Shown here piece by piece: positions 29,274-39,003 of a stretch of DNA of 64,000 bases. The position numbers and the translations under genes were made by a program. Below the pieces are notes generated by a model, which saw nothing but the letters and a program-made list of their open reading frames with translations, was not told the origin of the DNA and made no database searches. Position 1 is the first letter of the stretch. Every line of letters starts with the position of its first letter. Source of the stretch: Gemmatimonadota bacterium (lineage in GTDB: Bacteria > Gemmatimonadota > Gemmatimonadetes > Longimicrobiales > Gaopeijiaceae); contig PBPC01000073.1 in the NCBI GenBank assembly GCA_002724575.1, forward strand, positions 3,170 to 67,169, written 5' to 3'.

Positions 29274-30248
29274 TTGCCTAACCGACGTGACCCGGATGCG
29301 TCCGGTCGTGGTGGCGAACGCTCTGATCCGGTGGAATTGCCCGGATTAGGTGATCTTCCATGGGAACTTCCACACACATTCCTCGGTCTCGATGAGGTAA
29401 CTGCGAGCTTCGCTGAGGCTGCTGCTGTGATCCTTCCCGTACCGTATGAGGCCACTACTTCTTGGGGAGGTGGTACTAGACTTGGTCCTCGAGCGATTCT
29501 TGAGGCATCCCGTTACGTAGAATTATACGACCAAGAATTTGACTGTGAACCAGCTCAGTTACTGGGGATCCATACATTACCTGGACTGGAGCTTTCACGG
29601 GCTGGTCCAAAGGCTGCGATGGAAGAACTCCGTAATGCATATGCCAGGATCTCAGATGTGTGTGGTGACCGATTTCTTGTGATGCTTGGTGGTGAGCATT
29701 CGATTTCTGCTGCTGCAGTGCTTGCTCAGGCTGACCGATCTAATGAAAGACTCACTGTGCTGCAGCTCGATGCCCATGCTGATCTTCGATTACAGTATGA
29801 AGGGACAGCAGATTCACATGCCTCAGCGATGGCTCGAGTTCTGGAGTACGCTGATGTCGTTTCTGTAGGAGTGCGTGGAGTAAGTCAGGAAGAGGTCAAT
29901 ACCTCAAGCTCTAAGGCTGGCTCAACACTTATCTGGGCAGATGAGATGTGGGAAAGCGACGCATGGATGGACCGTGCTCTTGATGCTCTTGGCCCAAAAA
30001 TTTACCTGACTTTCGATGTAGATTATTTCGACCCGGCTGTGGTCCCATCGACTGGCACCCCCGAACCGGGTGGAGCTTCTTGGTACGAGACTTTGCGATT
30101 TCTAAGGCGGGTCCTGACTGAGCGGGAGGTTGTTGCAGCGGATGTCGTCGAATTAGCACCCGCCCCAGGGATTCATGCTCCAGATTTTCTGGTTGCTAAG
30201 CTTGTCTATAAGCTCATTAATTATCGCTTCTGGGATCGGATGCCCTAG
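29274..30248 (+). CDS. speB: Agmatinase (ureohydrolase family)
   Basis: GGEHSIS, LQLDAHADLR, SVGVRG, LTFDVDYFDPAVVPSTGTPEPGG. The TTG start is uncertain. Confidence 0.9.
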   Translation: MPNRRDPDASGRGGERSDPVELPGLGDLPWELPHTFLGLDEVTASFAEAAAVILPVPYEATTSWGGGTRLGPRAILEASRYVELYDQEFDCEPAQLLGIHTLPGLELSRAGPKAAMEELRNAYARISDVCGDRFLVMLGGEHSISAAAVLAQADRSNERLTVLQLDAHADLRLQYEGTADSHASAMARVLEYADVVSVGVRGVSQEEVNTSSSKAGSTLIWADEMWESDAWMDRALDALGPKIYLTFDVDYFDPAVVPSTGTPEPGGASWYETLRFLRRVLTEREVVAADVVELAPAPGIHAPDFLVAKLVYKLINYRFWDRMP

Positions 30249-30321
30249 CGCTCGATGGTCAGCTGTATTTTTCTACGAGACGTTACAGGGGCAATCAGTG
30301 ATGACTCAAGGTGTGCCCTAG

Positions 30322-31836
30322 ATGATTGATCCAGCCATCAGAACACAGACTTCAGGAGAGCAGGAAAGAGGATTTCCTGCATCTGAAGTAGAGCGTGCAA
30401 CTGGGTCAGAAACTCTGAGTGGCAACCAACTGGAACTCCAGTATGAGGGCTCAAGCACTTTTAGCTCGTGGCTTGAGGGGATCAGCCGTGCGCGGAGCAT
30501 GGTTTACCTAGAGAATTATCTGATCCGTGATGACCGCGTCGGCCGCGCGTTTAGGGATGTGCTCATCGAAAAAGCCCGCAGTGGTATTCCAGTTTACGTT
30601 ATCTATGACTGGGTTGGTTGCTGGGCGACACCCAGGTCATATTGGAAGCCTCTCAGAAAGGCGGGTGTGCATGTCCGAGCGTTCAATCCGCCTTCACTTG
30701 GGATTGGAGATCCGTTTGGGATCCTGAGACGTGACCACCGGAAGCTCATTGTATTAGACGGTAAGATTGCATATGTGGGAGGTTTCTGCTTGGGAGCGGA
30801 GTGGGAGGGGAGACCAAGCCATCCGGCTTGGCGGGATACTGCCGTCAAGATCTCCGGGCCTGCAGCAAGTGCGGCTGCACGTGCTTTTGAAGCTACTTGG
30901 CGCGGGACGGGTGGGTCACTCGGTTTGTCCCAGCAACTTCCTATTCTATCGGACGTTGGGGATACACCAGTTTGGCTTATCGAAGGAGAACCTGGCAGGA
31001 CTCGGGTTTATCGCACAATCCACTGGATTACAGCGAGAGCGAAGGAGCGTATATGGATCACGGACGCCTATTTCGTGGCTCCCAGGTCTGTATCTGAAGC
31101 GCTAGGCGCGGCGGCCCAACAAGGAGTCGACGTGCGAATACTTGTCCCAGCTCACAATAATTGGCCATTGGTTGGAAGCCTTTCGCGGGGCGGATATAGA
31201 TCTCTTCTAAAATCTGGAGTCCGGATTTTTGAGTGGCAGGGCCCCATGATCCATGCTAAGACTGCAGTTGTGGACGGTATTTGGTCACGCGTTGGGTCGA
31301 GCAACTTGAACTCTGCGAGCCTGATCGGGAATTGGGAACTAGATGTTGGTGTACTCGATACGAAGCTTGCCAGTCAGCTCGAGGAACTCTTTCTCACCGA
31401 TCTGAGTTCCTCTATTGAGATCGTATTGCCTGCCCGGAAGCTAGAGCATGGAATCAAAATTTCTGAAAGCTCAAGTGCTATAGAATCGCTTGATCCTCAG
31501 GGTACATTGCCCGAAAGGATGATGCAGATCCGGACTTTGGGAACCATCCAGAGCCGTATCACGATGGCACCTCTTGTACGGGCCCGAGGAGCACTTGGTG
31601 ACTCGTTGGCTGGAGATCGACCGATCGGACGTGAGGACAGGACGGTACTTGGTACGGTATCCGCTATCATTCTTTCAACTGCTATTATTGCGGCATTCTT
31701 TCCAACCTTTGTGGGTGCTATGGTAGCGGTCGTAGCGGGATGGTTTGGACTCACAACAGGGATTCGCGCGTACCTCCAGTCGCGGCGTGCGCGGAGTGAA
31801 GAGCAGGGAACACCAACAACTACAGAACTAGATTAG
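30322..31836 (+). CDS. Phospholipase D / cardiolipin-synthase family protein with two C-terminal TM helices
   Basis: Two HKD motifs: HRKLIVLDGKIAYVGG and IHAKTAVVDGIWSRVGSSNLN. The hydrophobic segments VSAIILSTAIIAAFFPTFVGAMVAVVAGWFGL lie at the C-terminus. Confidence 0.85.
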   Translation: MIDPAIRTQTSGEQERGFPASEVERATGSETLSGNQLELQYEGSSTFSSWLEGISRARSMVYLENYLIRDDRVGRAFRDVLIEKARSGIPVYVIYDWVGCWATPRSYWKPLRKAGVHVRAFNPPSLGIGDPFGILRRDHRKLIVLDGKIAYVGGFCLGAEWEGRPSHPAWRDTAVKISGPAASAAARAFEATWRGTGGSLGLSQQLPILSDVGDTPVWLIEGEPGRTRVYRTIHWITARAKERIWITDAYFVAPRSVSEALGAAAQQGVDVRILVPAHNNWPLVGSLSRGGYRSLLKSGVRIFEWQGPMIHAKTAVVDGIWSRVGSSNLNSASLIGNWELDVGVLDTKLASQLEELFLTDLSSSIEIVLPARKLEHGIKISESSSAIESLDPQGTLPERMMQIRTLGTIQSRITMAPLVRARGALGDSLAGDRPIGREDRTVLGTVSAIILSTAIIAAFFPTFVGAMVAVVAGWFGLTTGIRAYLQSRRARSEEQGTPTTTELD

Positions 31837-31851
31837 GAGGAAGAGCAACTC

Positions 31852-32583
31852 GTGAACGAAGTTGATCTTGGGATCTTTATTGCCTTCACAGCGGGAGTCT
31901 TGTCCTTTCTTTCGCCGTGTGTGCTGCCTCTTGTACCAAGCTATCTAACTTTTGTCACTGGCATGAGCTTGGAGGATCTTCAAGAAGGTGTGAACCGCAG
32001 AGCAACATTGCTCCACTCAACACTTTTTGTCAGCGGCTTCAGCCTAATCTTTATTCTCCTAGGGGCATCTGCGTCTTTCTTAGGACAGTTCCTACTCGCT
32101 TATGAACTTTGGATTGCACGCATTGGTGGTTTGATCATTGTGCTTTTAGGACTCCACCTTACAGGCGTATTTCGGCTGACACCGCTCATGCGTGAACGCA
32201 GAATCCACCTTAGTGACAAGCCGGCTGGGTATCTTGGGACCCTCGGGGTTGGCATGGCATTTGGGGCTGGCTGGACCCCATGCATTGGCCCGATTTTGGG
32301 TGCAATTCTAACATACGCTGGAACTCAGGATACTCTGTGGGCAGGAGTTGGGTTATTGACGGTCTACTCGGCAGGTCTCGCAGTTCCATTCTTGATATCG
32401 GCACTTGCGCTTGACTGGTTCCTCCAAGCGTTCAAGCAATTTCGGCACTTAATACCTCTAGTCGAAAAGAGTTCTGGGGTGCTTCTCATAATTCTTGGTT
32501 TACTGTTGATGACTGGTCGCTTCACAGTTCTGGCTGCATACCTAACCCGGTTCACTCCAGAATTCATCCTGAATCGGATATAA
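31852..32583 (+). CDS. ccdA: Cytochrome c biogenesis thiol-disulfide transporter CcdA (DsbD transmembrane-domain family)
   Basis: FLSPCVLPLVPSYL and GWTPCIGPILG are the two conserved Cys motifs; 6 TM helices. Confidence 0.9.
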   Translation: MNEVDLGIFIAFTAGVLSFLSPCVLPLVPSYLTFVTGMSLEDLQEGVNRRATLLHSTLFVSGFSLIFILLGASASFLGQFLLAYELWIARIGGLIIVLLGLHLTGVFRLTPLMRERRIHLSDKPAGYLGTLGVGMAFGAGWTPCIGPILGAILTYAGTQDTLWAGVGLLTVYSAGLAVPFLISALALDWFLQAFKQFRHLIPLVEKSSGVLLIILGLLLMTGRFTVLAAYLTRFTPEFILNRI

Positions 32584-32723
32584 AGGTTTCTACCCCAGCC
32601 TCAGTAGAGCTAAAGAGGAAATGGGTGTGACATTCAGGTATTTAGGGTGAACTCAAGTCAGAATGATGCCAAAGTCAAACAAACTATTCACCCTAATATC
32701 TCTGCCTATAGGCCTGGGTGGTC

Positions 32724-34511
32724 TCAGGCGTTAGCCGTTGCAGCAACTACAGCTTCAAGGCCTTCCTCGAGCAATTGGCGCCTAAGCAGTCCTGTATAGG
32801 TCCCATTCTTAGCGATCAACTCGGCATGTGTCCCAGATTCAACAATGACTCCTTGATCTAGAACAAGGATTTTGTCGGCACGCATTACCGCGGACACGCG
32901 GTGGCTAATTATGAAAGACGTGCGGCCTGACATTATTTCCTGCAGGTCATCGAGTATTTGTGTTTCGGTATGGGTATCAACTGCGCTCAGCGCATCATCA
33001 AGCACTAGTACCAAGGGATCACGAGCTAAGGCCCTGGCTAGGGTTGCTCGCTGTTTCTGTCCTCCCGATAAGTTGATTCCCCGTTCACCTAACACAGTCT
33101 CATAACCGTTAGGAAATTCAGTGATTTGCTCGTGCAGTTGCGCCATCTTCGTCGCATATGTGATATCACTAATTCCATCATGAGCTGGCTCAGCAAAGCC
33201 GTTATCACTGCCCATGCTGATGTTGTTCTCGATAGTATCCGAAAATAAGAAAGGGTCTTGGGGCACCATTCCGATCTTTGCCTTAACCTCGGATGGATCT
33301 AGTTCAGTCAGTGGGATTTCATCGAAAAGGATAGTGCCGTCAGTTGGATCATAGATGCGGGCCAAGAGAGTGATCAGCGTGCTTTTCCCAGAGCCTGTCG
33401 GCCCAACGATCGCAATCGTATCTCCGGGGTTAGCGATAAAGCTCACATGGTCTAGTACAGTCCGGTCTGTATCAGGATAGACAAAGGACACATCGCGAAA
33501 TTCGATTTTGCCTTTTGCACTTATCAATGAACGGGGTTGTTTCGGTATAGCTACGGATGCTTTAGTGGCTAAGATCTTGTTGAGTCTGCCCATCGAAGCA
33601 GCACCTCTCTGGTACAGGTTTACAACCCAACCGAGCGAGATCATTGGCCAGACGAGTAACGCCACATAGAGCCCGAAGGCCACGTAGTCCCCGATACTGA
33701 TCGTGCCAGCGATGACCTCCAGTGCGCCTATCCAGGTGACAAATACCATTGCGAACCCTGCAAGCGTGACGAGCACAGGGTGGAATGCACCTGCAGTGAG
33801 TGCGAGGTCCATGTTTCTAGTGCGATAGTGCTCGTTATGCCCGTCAAACTGCCGCTCTTGCTCTTTTTCTTGCGTGTAAGCCCGGACGATGCGTACCCCG
33901 GTCAGGTTATCCTGGACAAAAGTTGAAAGAGAGGCGAACTGCTTTTGTATCTCCTCGAATCGATTGTGTATCATCCTGCCGAATACGATCACAATAGGAG
34001 GTAGCGCAAGCATGGGGATCATCGCGTAAAGAGTTAGCCTCGGACTGATCCAAATCATTAATGCCAGGGTAAATATGAAGCTCGCTGCTGTGTTCACTGT
34101 ATACATGATGGCTGGACCCACAGCCATGCGAACTGCCAGTGTATCGTTTGTAGCGCGGCTCATGAGGTCGCCAGTTCTAGTTCTGCCGTAGAATGTCGCG
34201 TCGAGAGCAAGCAGATGTTGAAAGAAGCTGTTCCGGAGATCGCACTCGATGCGGCGACTCATTCCGTTCAAAAGTTCGCGCATGCCGTAACGGGCCACCC
34301 CACCAAGGATTGCGAATAGAATCAAGGTGGCCGCAAAAGAGGCGATTCTGATTCGATCGACATCGGGCGCTTGAAGTCCATCAATCGCAAGCTTGATGAG
34401 TAATGGTCCTGCAACCTGAAATATATTGGCCAGAAGAACTAAGAAGAGCCCCCAGCGGAATACTTTCCTGTAGGGTTTGAAGTACGGCAGGATCGCTCGA
34501 AGCTCACCCAT
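32724..34511 (-). CDS. ABC exporter, fused permease + ATPase (MsbA/multidrug type)
   Basis: Six N-terminal TM helices, Walker A GPTGSGKST, signature LSGGQKQR, Walker B LVLDDALS. Confidence 0.9.
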   Translation of the reverse strand: MGELRAILPYFKPYRKVFRWGLFLVLLANIFQVAGPLLIKLAIDGLQAPDVDRIRIASFAATLILFAILGGVARYGMRELLNGMSRRIECDLRNSFFQHLLALDATFYGRTRTGDLMSRATNDTLAVRMAVGPAIMYTVNTAASFIFTLALMIWISPRLTLYAMIPMLALPPIVIVFGRMIHNRFEEIQKQFASLSTFVQDNLTGVRIVRAYTQEKEQERQFDGHNEHYRTRNMDLALTAGAFHPVLVTLAGFAMVFVTWIGALEVIAGTISIGDYVAFGLYVALLVWPMISLGWVVNLYQRGAASMGRLNKILATKASVAIPKQPRSLISAKGKIEFRDVSFVYPDTDRTVLDHVSFIANPGDTIAIVGPTGSGKSTLITLLARIYDPTDGTILFDEIPLTELDPSEVKAKIGMVPQDPFLFSDTIENNISMGSDNGFAEPAHDGISDITYATKMAQLHEQITEFPNGYETVLGERGINLSGGQKQRATLARALARDPLVLVLDDALSAVDTHTETQILDDLQEIMSGRTSFIISHRVSAVMRADKILVLDQGVIVESGTHAELIAKNGTYTGLLRRQLLEEGLEAVVAATANA

Positions 34512-34559
34512 GATTGCGGTTTTCCAAGGTAGAAGCCAAGGGTATTTGCAGTTCCAAAG

Positions 34560-36323
34560 TTAGTACCCTATTGCTTGACCACCCCGGCGCGGATCCGACC
34601 ACGCTTTGAGAAGTCCACCATCTACGATAATCACTTGAGCGTCTCCAGACATGCCAGTTCGCTCGACAAGGGTGTGGCCCATCGCTTGAAGCTGAGCTAC
34701 GGATTCAGGGGCTAGGCCTGCCGGCTCGAAATAGATCTGGTCTGGTAGATGTTGGTGATGTATCCGTGGAGCATTGACGGCGTCTACTACATTCATGCCG
34801 TAATCAAGCACATTCGAGATTGTCTGGAAGACTGTTGTAATAATTGTTCCACCACCGGGTGTGCCGGTGACCATGCGCAGTGTCCCGTCTGGGTTAACCA
34901 CCACGGTAGGCGTCATTGCTGAGAGCATTCGCTTACCAGGGGCTACAGCATTGTTTTCTCCTTGAACTAAACCAAACTGGTTCGCGGTTCCCGGCTTCGC
35001 AGCAAAGTCATCCATCTCATTATTGAGTACAAAGCCAGCACCAGTCACTGTCACCTTGCTACCGTACCAAGAGTTGATCGTTGTGGTGACTGCCACTGCG
35101 TTACCTGCACCATCCACAATTGAATAATGCGTTGTGTTTTCTCCTTCCGCGGGTCCTTCCATCCCTGGACCGATTTCTATCGAAGGCGTAGCTGAGGTTT
35201 CTGATATCGTCGATGCACGGATGCGAGCATAGGCTTCGGAGGTCATACGGTCTATTGGCATATCCACAAAGTCTGGGTCCGCTAGGTAGTGATTCCGATC
35301 AGCATACGAACGTTTCCACGCTTCAGCATACAGATGGAGCATTCTCGGTCCATGCCAATCCATCGAACCCAAATCGTAACCCTCCAGGATATTTGCCATT
35401 TCCGCCATCGTTGCTCCTCCTGACGATGAGGGCGGCATAGAGATGACCGTATGACCCCGGTATGTGAAAGAAATAGGCTCTCGCCATTCAGCCGTATACT
35501 CTGTTAGGTCCTGAAGCGTGATGATGCCCCCACCGCGATCCATTTCTGCTACAATCAAATCAGCGGTTTTACCTTTATAAAACCCGTCCGGTCCTCCGTC
35601 CCTGATTCTCCCAAGAGTTGTTGCCAAATGCGGTTGCCGAAGCGTGTCACCTACCAGCGGTGGCTGGCCGTCTCTAGGTAAGAATTGTGCGGCAGATGCG
35701 GGGAAATCCAATAACGACTCCACCATGGTTGAGCTAAGTGAGCCCAAGAAGCGCTCCTTCACCTCGAAGCCGTTGGCGAGTTCGACAGCAGGGGATACAA
35801 GGTCTTCCCAATCGATTGACCCAAAGCGTTGGTGGGCCTCCCACATACCGGCCACACTCCCAGGCACCCCCGCTGCTAGGTGTCCGATGACAGATTTGTC
35901 TGTGAGATTTCCTTCCTCATCTAGATACATGTCGCGGGTTGCTGCTAAGGGTGCTTTTTCCCGGAAATCCAGAGCTGCAGAGGTACCGTCAGCCATACGA
36001 GTTACCATGAAGCCACCACCACCGATATTTCCGGCTTCGGGGTTCACTACCGCAAGAGCAAAGTGGACTGCAACCGCAGCATCTACTGCGTTGCCACCTG
36101 CCCGCATTACGTCGACGCCAATGCGACTTGCCAGTTCATCAGTTGATACAACCATACCGTTCGATGCAGTGACTGGTTCTTCCGTCTCGCTGAACATCCA
36201 TCCGTCAGGGAATACGGCTCTGTCATCGACCGCTGAAGCATCTGTGAAGCAAGAAGTGACTACTAGAGCGCTGAGGAGGAGTGCTACAAGTTGGCCCGTT
36301 ATGGAAACCCTAGTCTTGTTCAT
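34560..36323 (-). CDS. ggt: Gamma-glutamyltransferase, exported
   Basis: GGNAVDAAVA, GGGGFM, nucleophile Thr context GENTTHYSIVD, and GTPGGGTIITTV. Confidence 0.93.
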   Translation of the reverse strand: MNKTRVSITGQLVALLLSALVVTSCFTDASAVDDRAVFPDGWMFSETEEPVTASNGMVVSTDELASRIGVDVMRAGGNAVDAAVAVHFALAVVNPEAGNIGGGGFMVTRMADGTSAALDFREKAPLAATRDMYLDEEGNLTDKSVIGHLAAGVPGSVAGMWEAHQRFGSIDWEDLVSPAVELANGFEVKERFLGSLSSTMVESLLDFPASAAQFLPRDGQPPLVGDTLRQPHLATTLGRIRDGGPDGFYKGKTADLIVAEMDRGGGIITLQDLTEYTAEWREPISFTYRGHTVISMPPSSSGGATMAEMANILEGYDLGSMDWHGPRMLHLYAEAWKRSYADRNHYLADPDFVDMPIDRMTSEAYARIRASTISETSATPSIEIGPGMEGPAEGENTTHYSIVDGAGNAVAVTTTINSWYGSKVTVTGAGFVLNNEMDDFAAKPGTANQFGLVQGENNAVAPGKRMLSAMTPTVVVNPDGTLRMVTGTPGGGTIITTVFQTISNVLDYGMNVVDAVNAPRIHHQHLPDQIYFEPAGLAPESVAQLQAMGHTLVERTGMSGDAQVIIVDGGLLKAWSDPRRGGQAIGY

Positions 36324-36427
36324 GATCCTTAATATCCGCGTGGTTTACATTGCCGGGTTCGCGCGGCACGAAGTACTGTTCCTGAGTCCGGGAAGATCAG
36401 CACGTTCCTAGCTACCGACAAGCGCCC

Positions 36428-37324
36428 ATGCGGGATTCCAGACTCACTGAACAACGAAACCCTAAATCAACGAAGATTGACAAGTTAGATATCCTCGGGA
36501 TTGTCGATCTTATCAATAATGAAGATCGGTTGGTGGCAGAGGCTGTCAGCGATGAAAGAGAAGCCATCGCGAGAGCGATCGAGCTTGTGGAAACGGCGTT
36601 AAGAACTGGAGGCCGGCTTATCTATGTCGGTGCTGGAACCTCAGGTCGTTTGGGTGTTCTCGATGCAGCGGAGATGCCTCCTACATTTGGGATTGATCCA
36701 GAGAGGGTACACGGTGTCATTGCTGGTGGATATCAGGCACTTGTGCGGTCTCAAGAGGGGGCAGAGGATCACCCTGAAGATGGTGTGGAAGCGATCAACA
36801 ACTTAGATGTAAGCCAGAGGGATTTTGTTCTCGGAATAGCCACTTCCGGTTCTACACCCTATGTGCACGGAGCACTTAGCCGGGCGCGCGAGCTTGGTGC
36901 TAGAACTGGGTTCTTGCTGTGCACATCACCACCTGCGTCTCTTCTATCAGAGCATGACGTCGTGATAGCACCACTAGTAGGAGCTGAAGTGATTACTGGC
37001 TCAACGCGTATGAAAGCGGGAACGGCCACCAAGCTAGTCTTGAATACGATTACTACGGGTGCCATGGTCCGTATTGGAAAAGTTTATAGCAACCTGATGG
37101 TGGATTTACAGGTCACATGTGAGAAGCTTAGGGATCGAGGTGAGCGTATTCTATCAGAATTATTGAACCTCGATCAGCCAGCAGCAGCAGCACTTCTTGA
37201 TCGCGCGAGTGGCGATGTTAAGACCGCACTTGTAATGGCCCATTTGGATATTGATGCGAAAGAGGCCTTGAGTCGCTTGGACGCTGCTGGTGGAGTTATC
37301 AGCACAGTAATTGGAGATCTCTAG
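36428..37324 (+). CDS. murQ: N-acetylmuramic acid 6-phosphate etherase
   Basis: LTEQRNPKSTKIDKL, GAGTSGRLGVLDAAEMPPTFG, TGSTRMKAGTATKLVLN. Confidence 0.92.
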   Translation: MRDSRLTEQRNPKSTKIDKLDILGIVDLINNEDRLVAEAVSDEREAIARAIELVETALRTGGRLIYVGAGTSGRLGVLDAAEMPPTFGIDPERVHGVIAGGYQALVRSQEGAEDHPEDGVEAINNLDVSQRDFVLGIATSGSTPYVHGALSRARELGARTGFLLCTSPPASLLSEHDVVIAPLVGAEVITGSTRMKAGTATKLVLNTITTGAMVRIGKVYSNLMVDLQVTCEKLRDRGERILSELLNLDQPAAAALLDRASGDVKTALVMAHLDIDAKEALSRLDAAGGVISTVIGDL

Positions 37325-37326
37325 GG

Positions 37327-39003
37327 GTGAATACAAGTAACCCCCGGTATACCCGTCGAGTGTTCTTGCCACTCGTACTCTGTATTTCTACAGCAGTGAT
37401 TGTGGTTGCGTTCAATCCTGCTCCTCACAACGGTGGTGATAACGCAGCTTATGTAACACTGGCTTTTTCGTTGGCTGAGCACGGAACATATACTGATCTT
37501 TACGATCCCGCGGAAATGCCCCATACGAAGTATCCACCGGTCTTTCCAGGCTTGCTTGCGCTGATGCTTCTACTGGGAGCAAGAACCTGGAGTGCTCTGA
37601 AGACGGTTTCAGCAGTATTCACGATCGCTGCGGTTGGGTTCACTTATTTGTGGGCGGAGCGGCGCCTGGGTGCAGTTGGTGCGTTGGGGTTGTCAGTCAT
37701 GCTCGCGATTTCCCCAGCTTTGGTGTACTACAGCCATTGGATTCTGTCCGACCCGATCTTCTTGTGCTTTACGATGGCTGCACTCTGGGCGCTTGAGCGT
37801 TCAGAACAGGAAAGTGCATCTGTGTGGTGGCTGGTTGGTGGGGTTGCGACAGTTGGTTTGGCCTACTTTACGAGGTCTGCTGGGCTTCCGCTTTTGTTTG
37901 CTCTCTTCGGTTGGCTTGCTCTGCGTCGTAAATGGCTACCCCTCACGTTTTCGTCCATTGCGATGGGCGTACCTGCACTCCTTTGGTGGATACGTGGACG
38001 CGGGGAGGGTATAGGTGAGTACACAAGCGAATTTTGGATGGTAGATCCTTATCAGCCTGCGCTTGGAACAGTCAGCTTTGGGGGACTCTTAACTAGAGCA
38101 TTCAATAACCTTTGGACCTATGTGAGTAGCCATGGACCTGGAGGGATCGTTGGAGGCAGCGGAACTCTGGTTACAGTTTTCGGGATAGGGTTAACCGGCT
38201 TCGCATTAATCGGATGGGCTCGATCCATAAGAACTCGTAGAGGGCTGACAGAGATCTTCCTGCCTTTGTATGCGGGCTTGATATTGCTTTGGCCAGAAGT
38301 ATGGTCAGGGGACCGCTTCGCACTTCCGCTGTTCCCACTCCTTTTTCTTTTTGCAGCGCTCGCCCTCGGTGAAGCGGTAAGTAGGCGAGGTAGCCTGGCG
38401 CAACATGCAGTTTTCGCGCTTGTAATTGCATTCGTACTTCTTCCAGCTGGCAGAACCTGGCTCAGCTCGGGCGAACAAGCATCGACATGTCGCCGCATCA
38501 TGAACGATAGCGGACCCTGGGGGTGTTATGGTTCAGGTGTGTCAGAGTTCGCTGAGGCGGCAGCTTGGATGCAGAGCTCGCTCCCTGAAGGTTCTTCGGT
38601 GATGACACGAAAACCCCGCTTGTTTTATTTGATGTCAGGATTGACCAGTCGAACATTCCCCTTTGATGACAACCCAAGCGTGCAGCTTACCGAAGCGGAT
38701 CGTGTGGGTGCCCAATATATCTTACTCGATAATTGGGACGGGCTTTCGAGTCTCTATGTGGGGAGAGCCCTCCAGCAGAATCCCCAGGCGTTCTGCTCAG
38801 TTAGAGGTTTTGGCTCTAGGCAGGGCAGTACCCATTTATTGGGTATTAAGGACGAGGCTTCTAGGAGCGAAAGCGCGCAACTGCAAACACAAGAGATTAG
38901 ACTAGGTGTTTGTCCAGGCAGCTATATTCGAGGTGACCCCGACGAGCGCTACCTTTCTTCGTCTTCTACGAAAATCCCATTGCTCGAGGCACTAGAGCCG
39001 TAG
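37327..39003 (+). CDS. ArnT/PMT-like (GT39/GT83-type) polytopic membrane glycosyltransferase-like protein
   Basis: GGDNAAYVTLAFSLAEHGTY...HTKYPPVFPGLLAL is typical of this family's first loop. About 10 TM helices and a soluble C-terminal domain. GTG start 3 nt after murQ. Confidence 0.7.
   Translation: MNTSNPRYTRRVFLPLVLCISTAVIVVAFNPAPHNGGDNAAYVTLAFSLAEHGTYTDLYDPAEMPHTKYPPVFPGLLALMLLLGARTWSALKTVSAVFTIAAVGFTYLWAERRLGAVGALGLSVMLAISPALVYYSHWILSDPIFLCFTMAALWALERSEQESASVWWLVGGVATVGLAYFTRSAGLPLLFALFGWLALRRKWLPLTFSSIAMGVPALLWWIRGRGEGIGEYTSEFWMVDPYQPALGTVSFGGLLTRAFNNLWTYVSSHGPGGIVGGSGTLVTVFGIGLTGFALIGWARSIRTRRGLTEIFLPLYAGLILLWPEVWSGDRFALPLFPLLFLFAALALGEAVSRRGSLAQHAVFALVIAFVLLPAGRTWLSSGEQASTCRRIMNDSGPWGCYGSGVSEFAEAAAWMQSSLPEGSSVMTRKPRLFYLMSGLTSRTFPFDDNPSVQLTEADRVGAQYILLDNWDGLSSLYVGRALQQNPQAFCSVRGFGSRQGSTHLLGIKDEASRSESAQLQTQEIRLGVCPGSYIRGDPDERYLSSSSTKIPLLEALEP

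Noticed and set aside
32644-32699. 10-bp inverted repeat TTAGGGTGAA...TTCACCCTAA with a loop of about 36 nt, in the ccdA/ABC convergent spacer
   Set aside because: The loop is long, there is no T-tract, the element occurs only once in the window, and its function cannot be supported. I note it only as a possible weak bidirectional 3' structure.
35644-36411. 255-aa + strand ORF antisense to ggt that extends into the ggt-murQ spacer
   Set aside because: It is Ser/Ala/Pro/Arg-rich shadow of a confidently identified GGT gene, with no SD and no family resemblance. The same judgement applies to antisense ORFs 8288..8932 (in leuC), 44478..45083 (in nrdJ), 48649..49194 (in rocD), 22585..23022 (in the YyaL-like gene) and 39193..39585.
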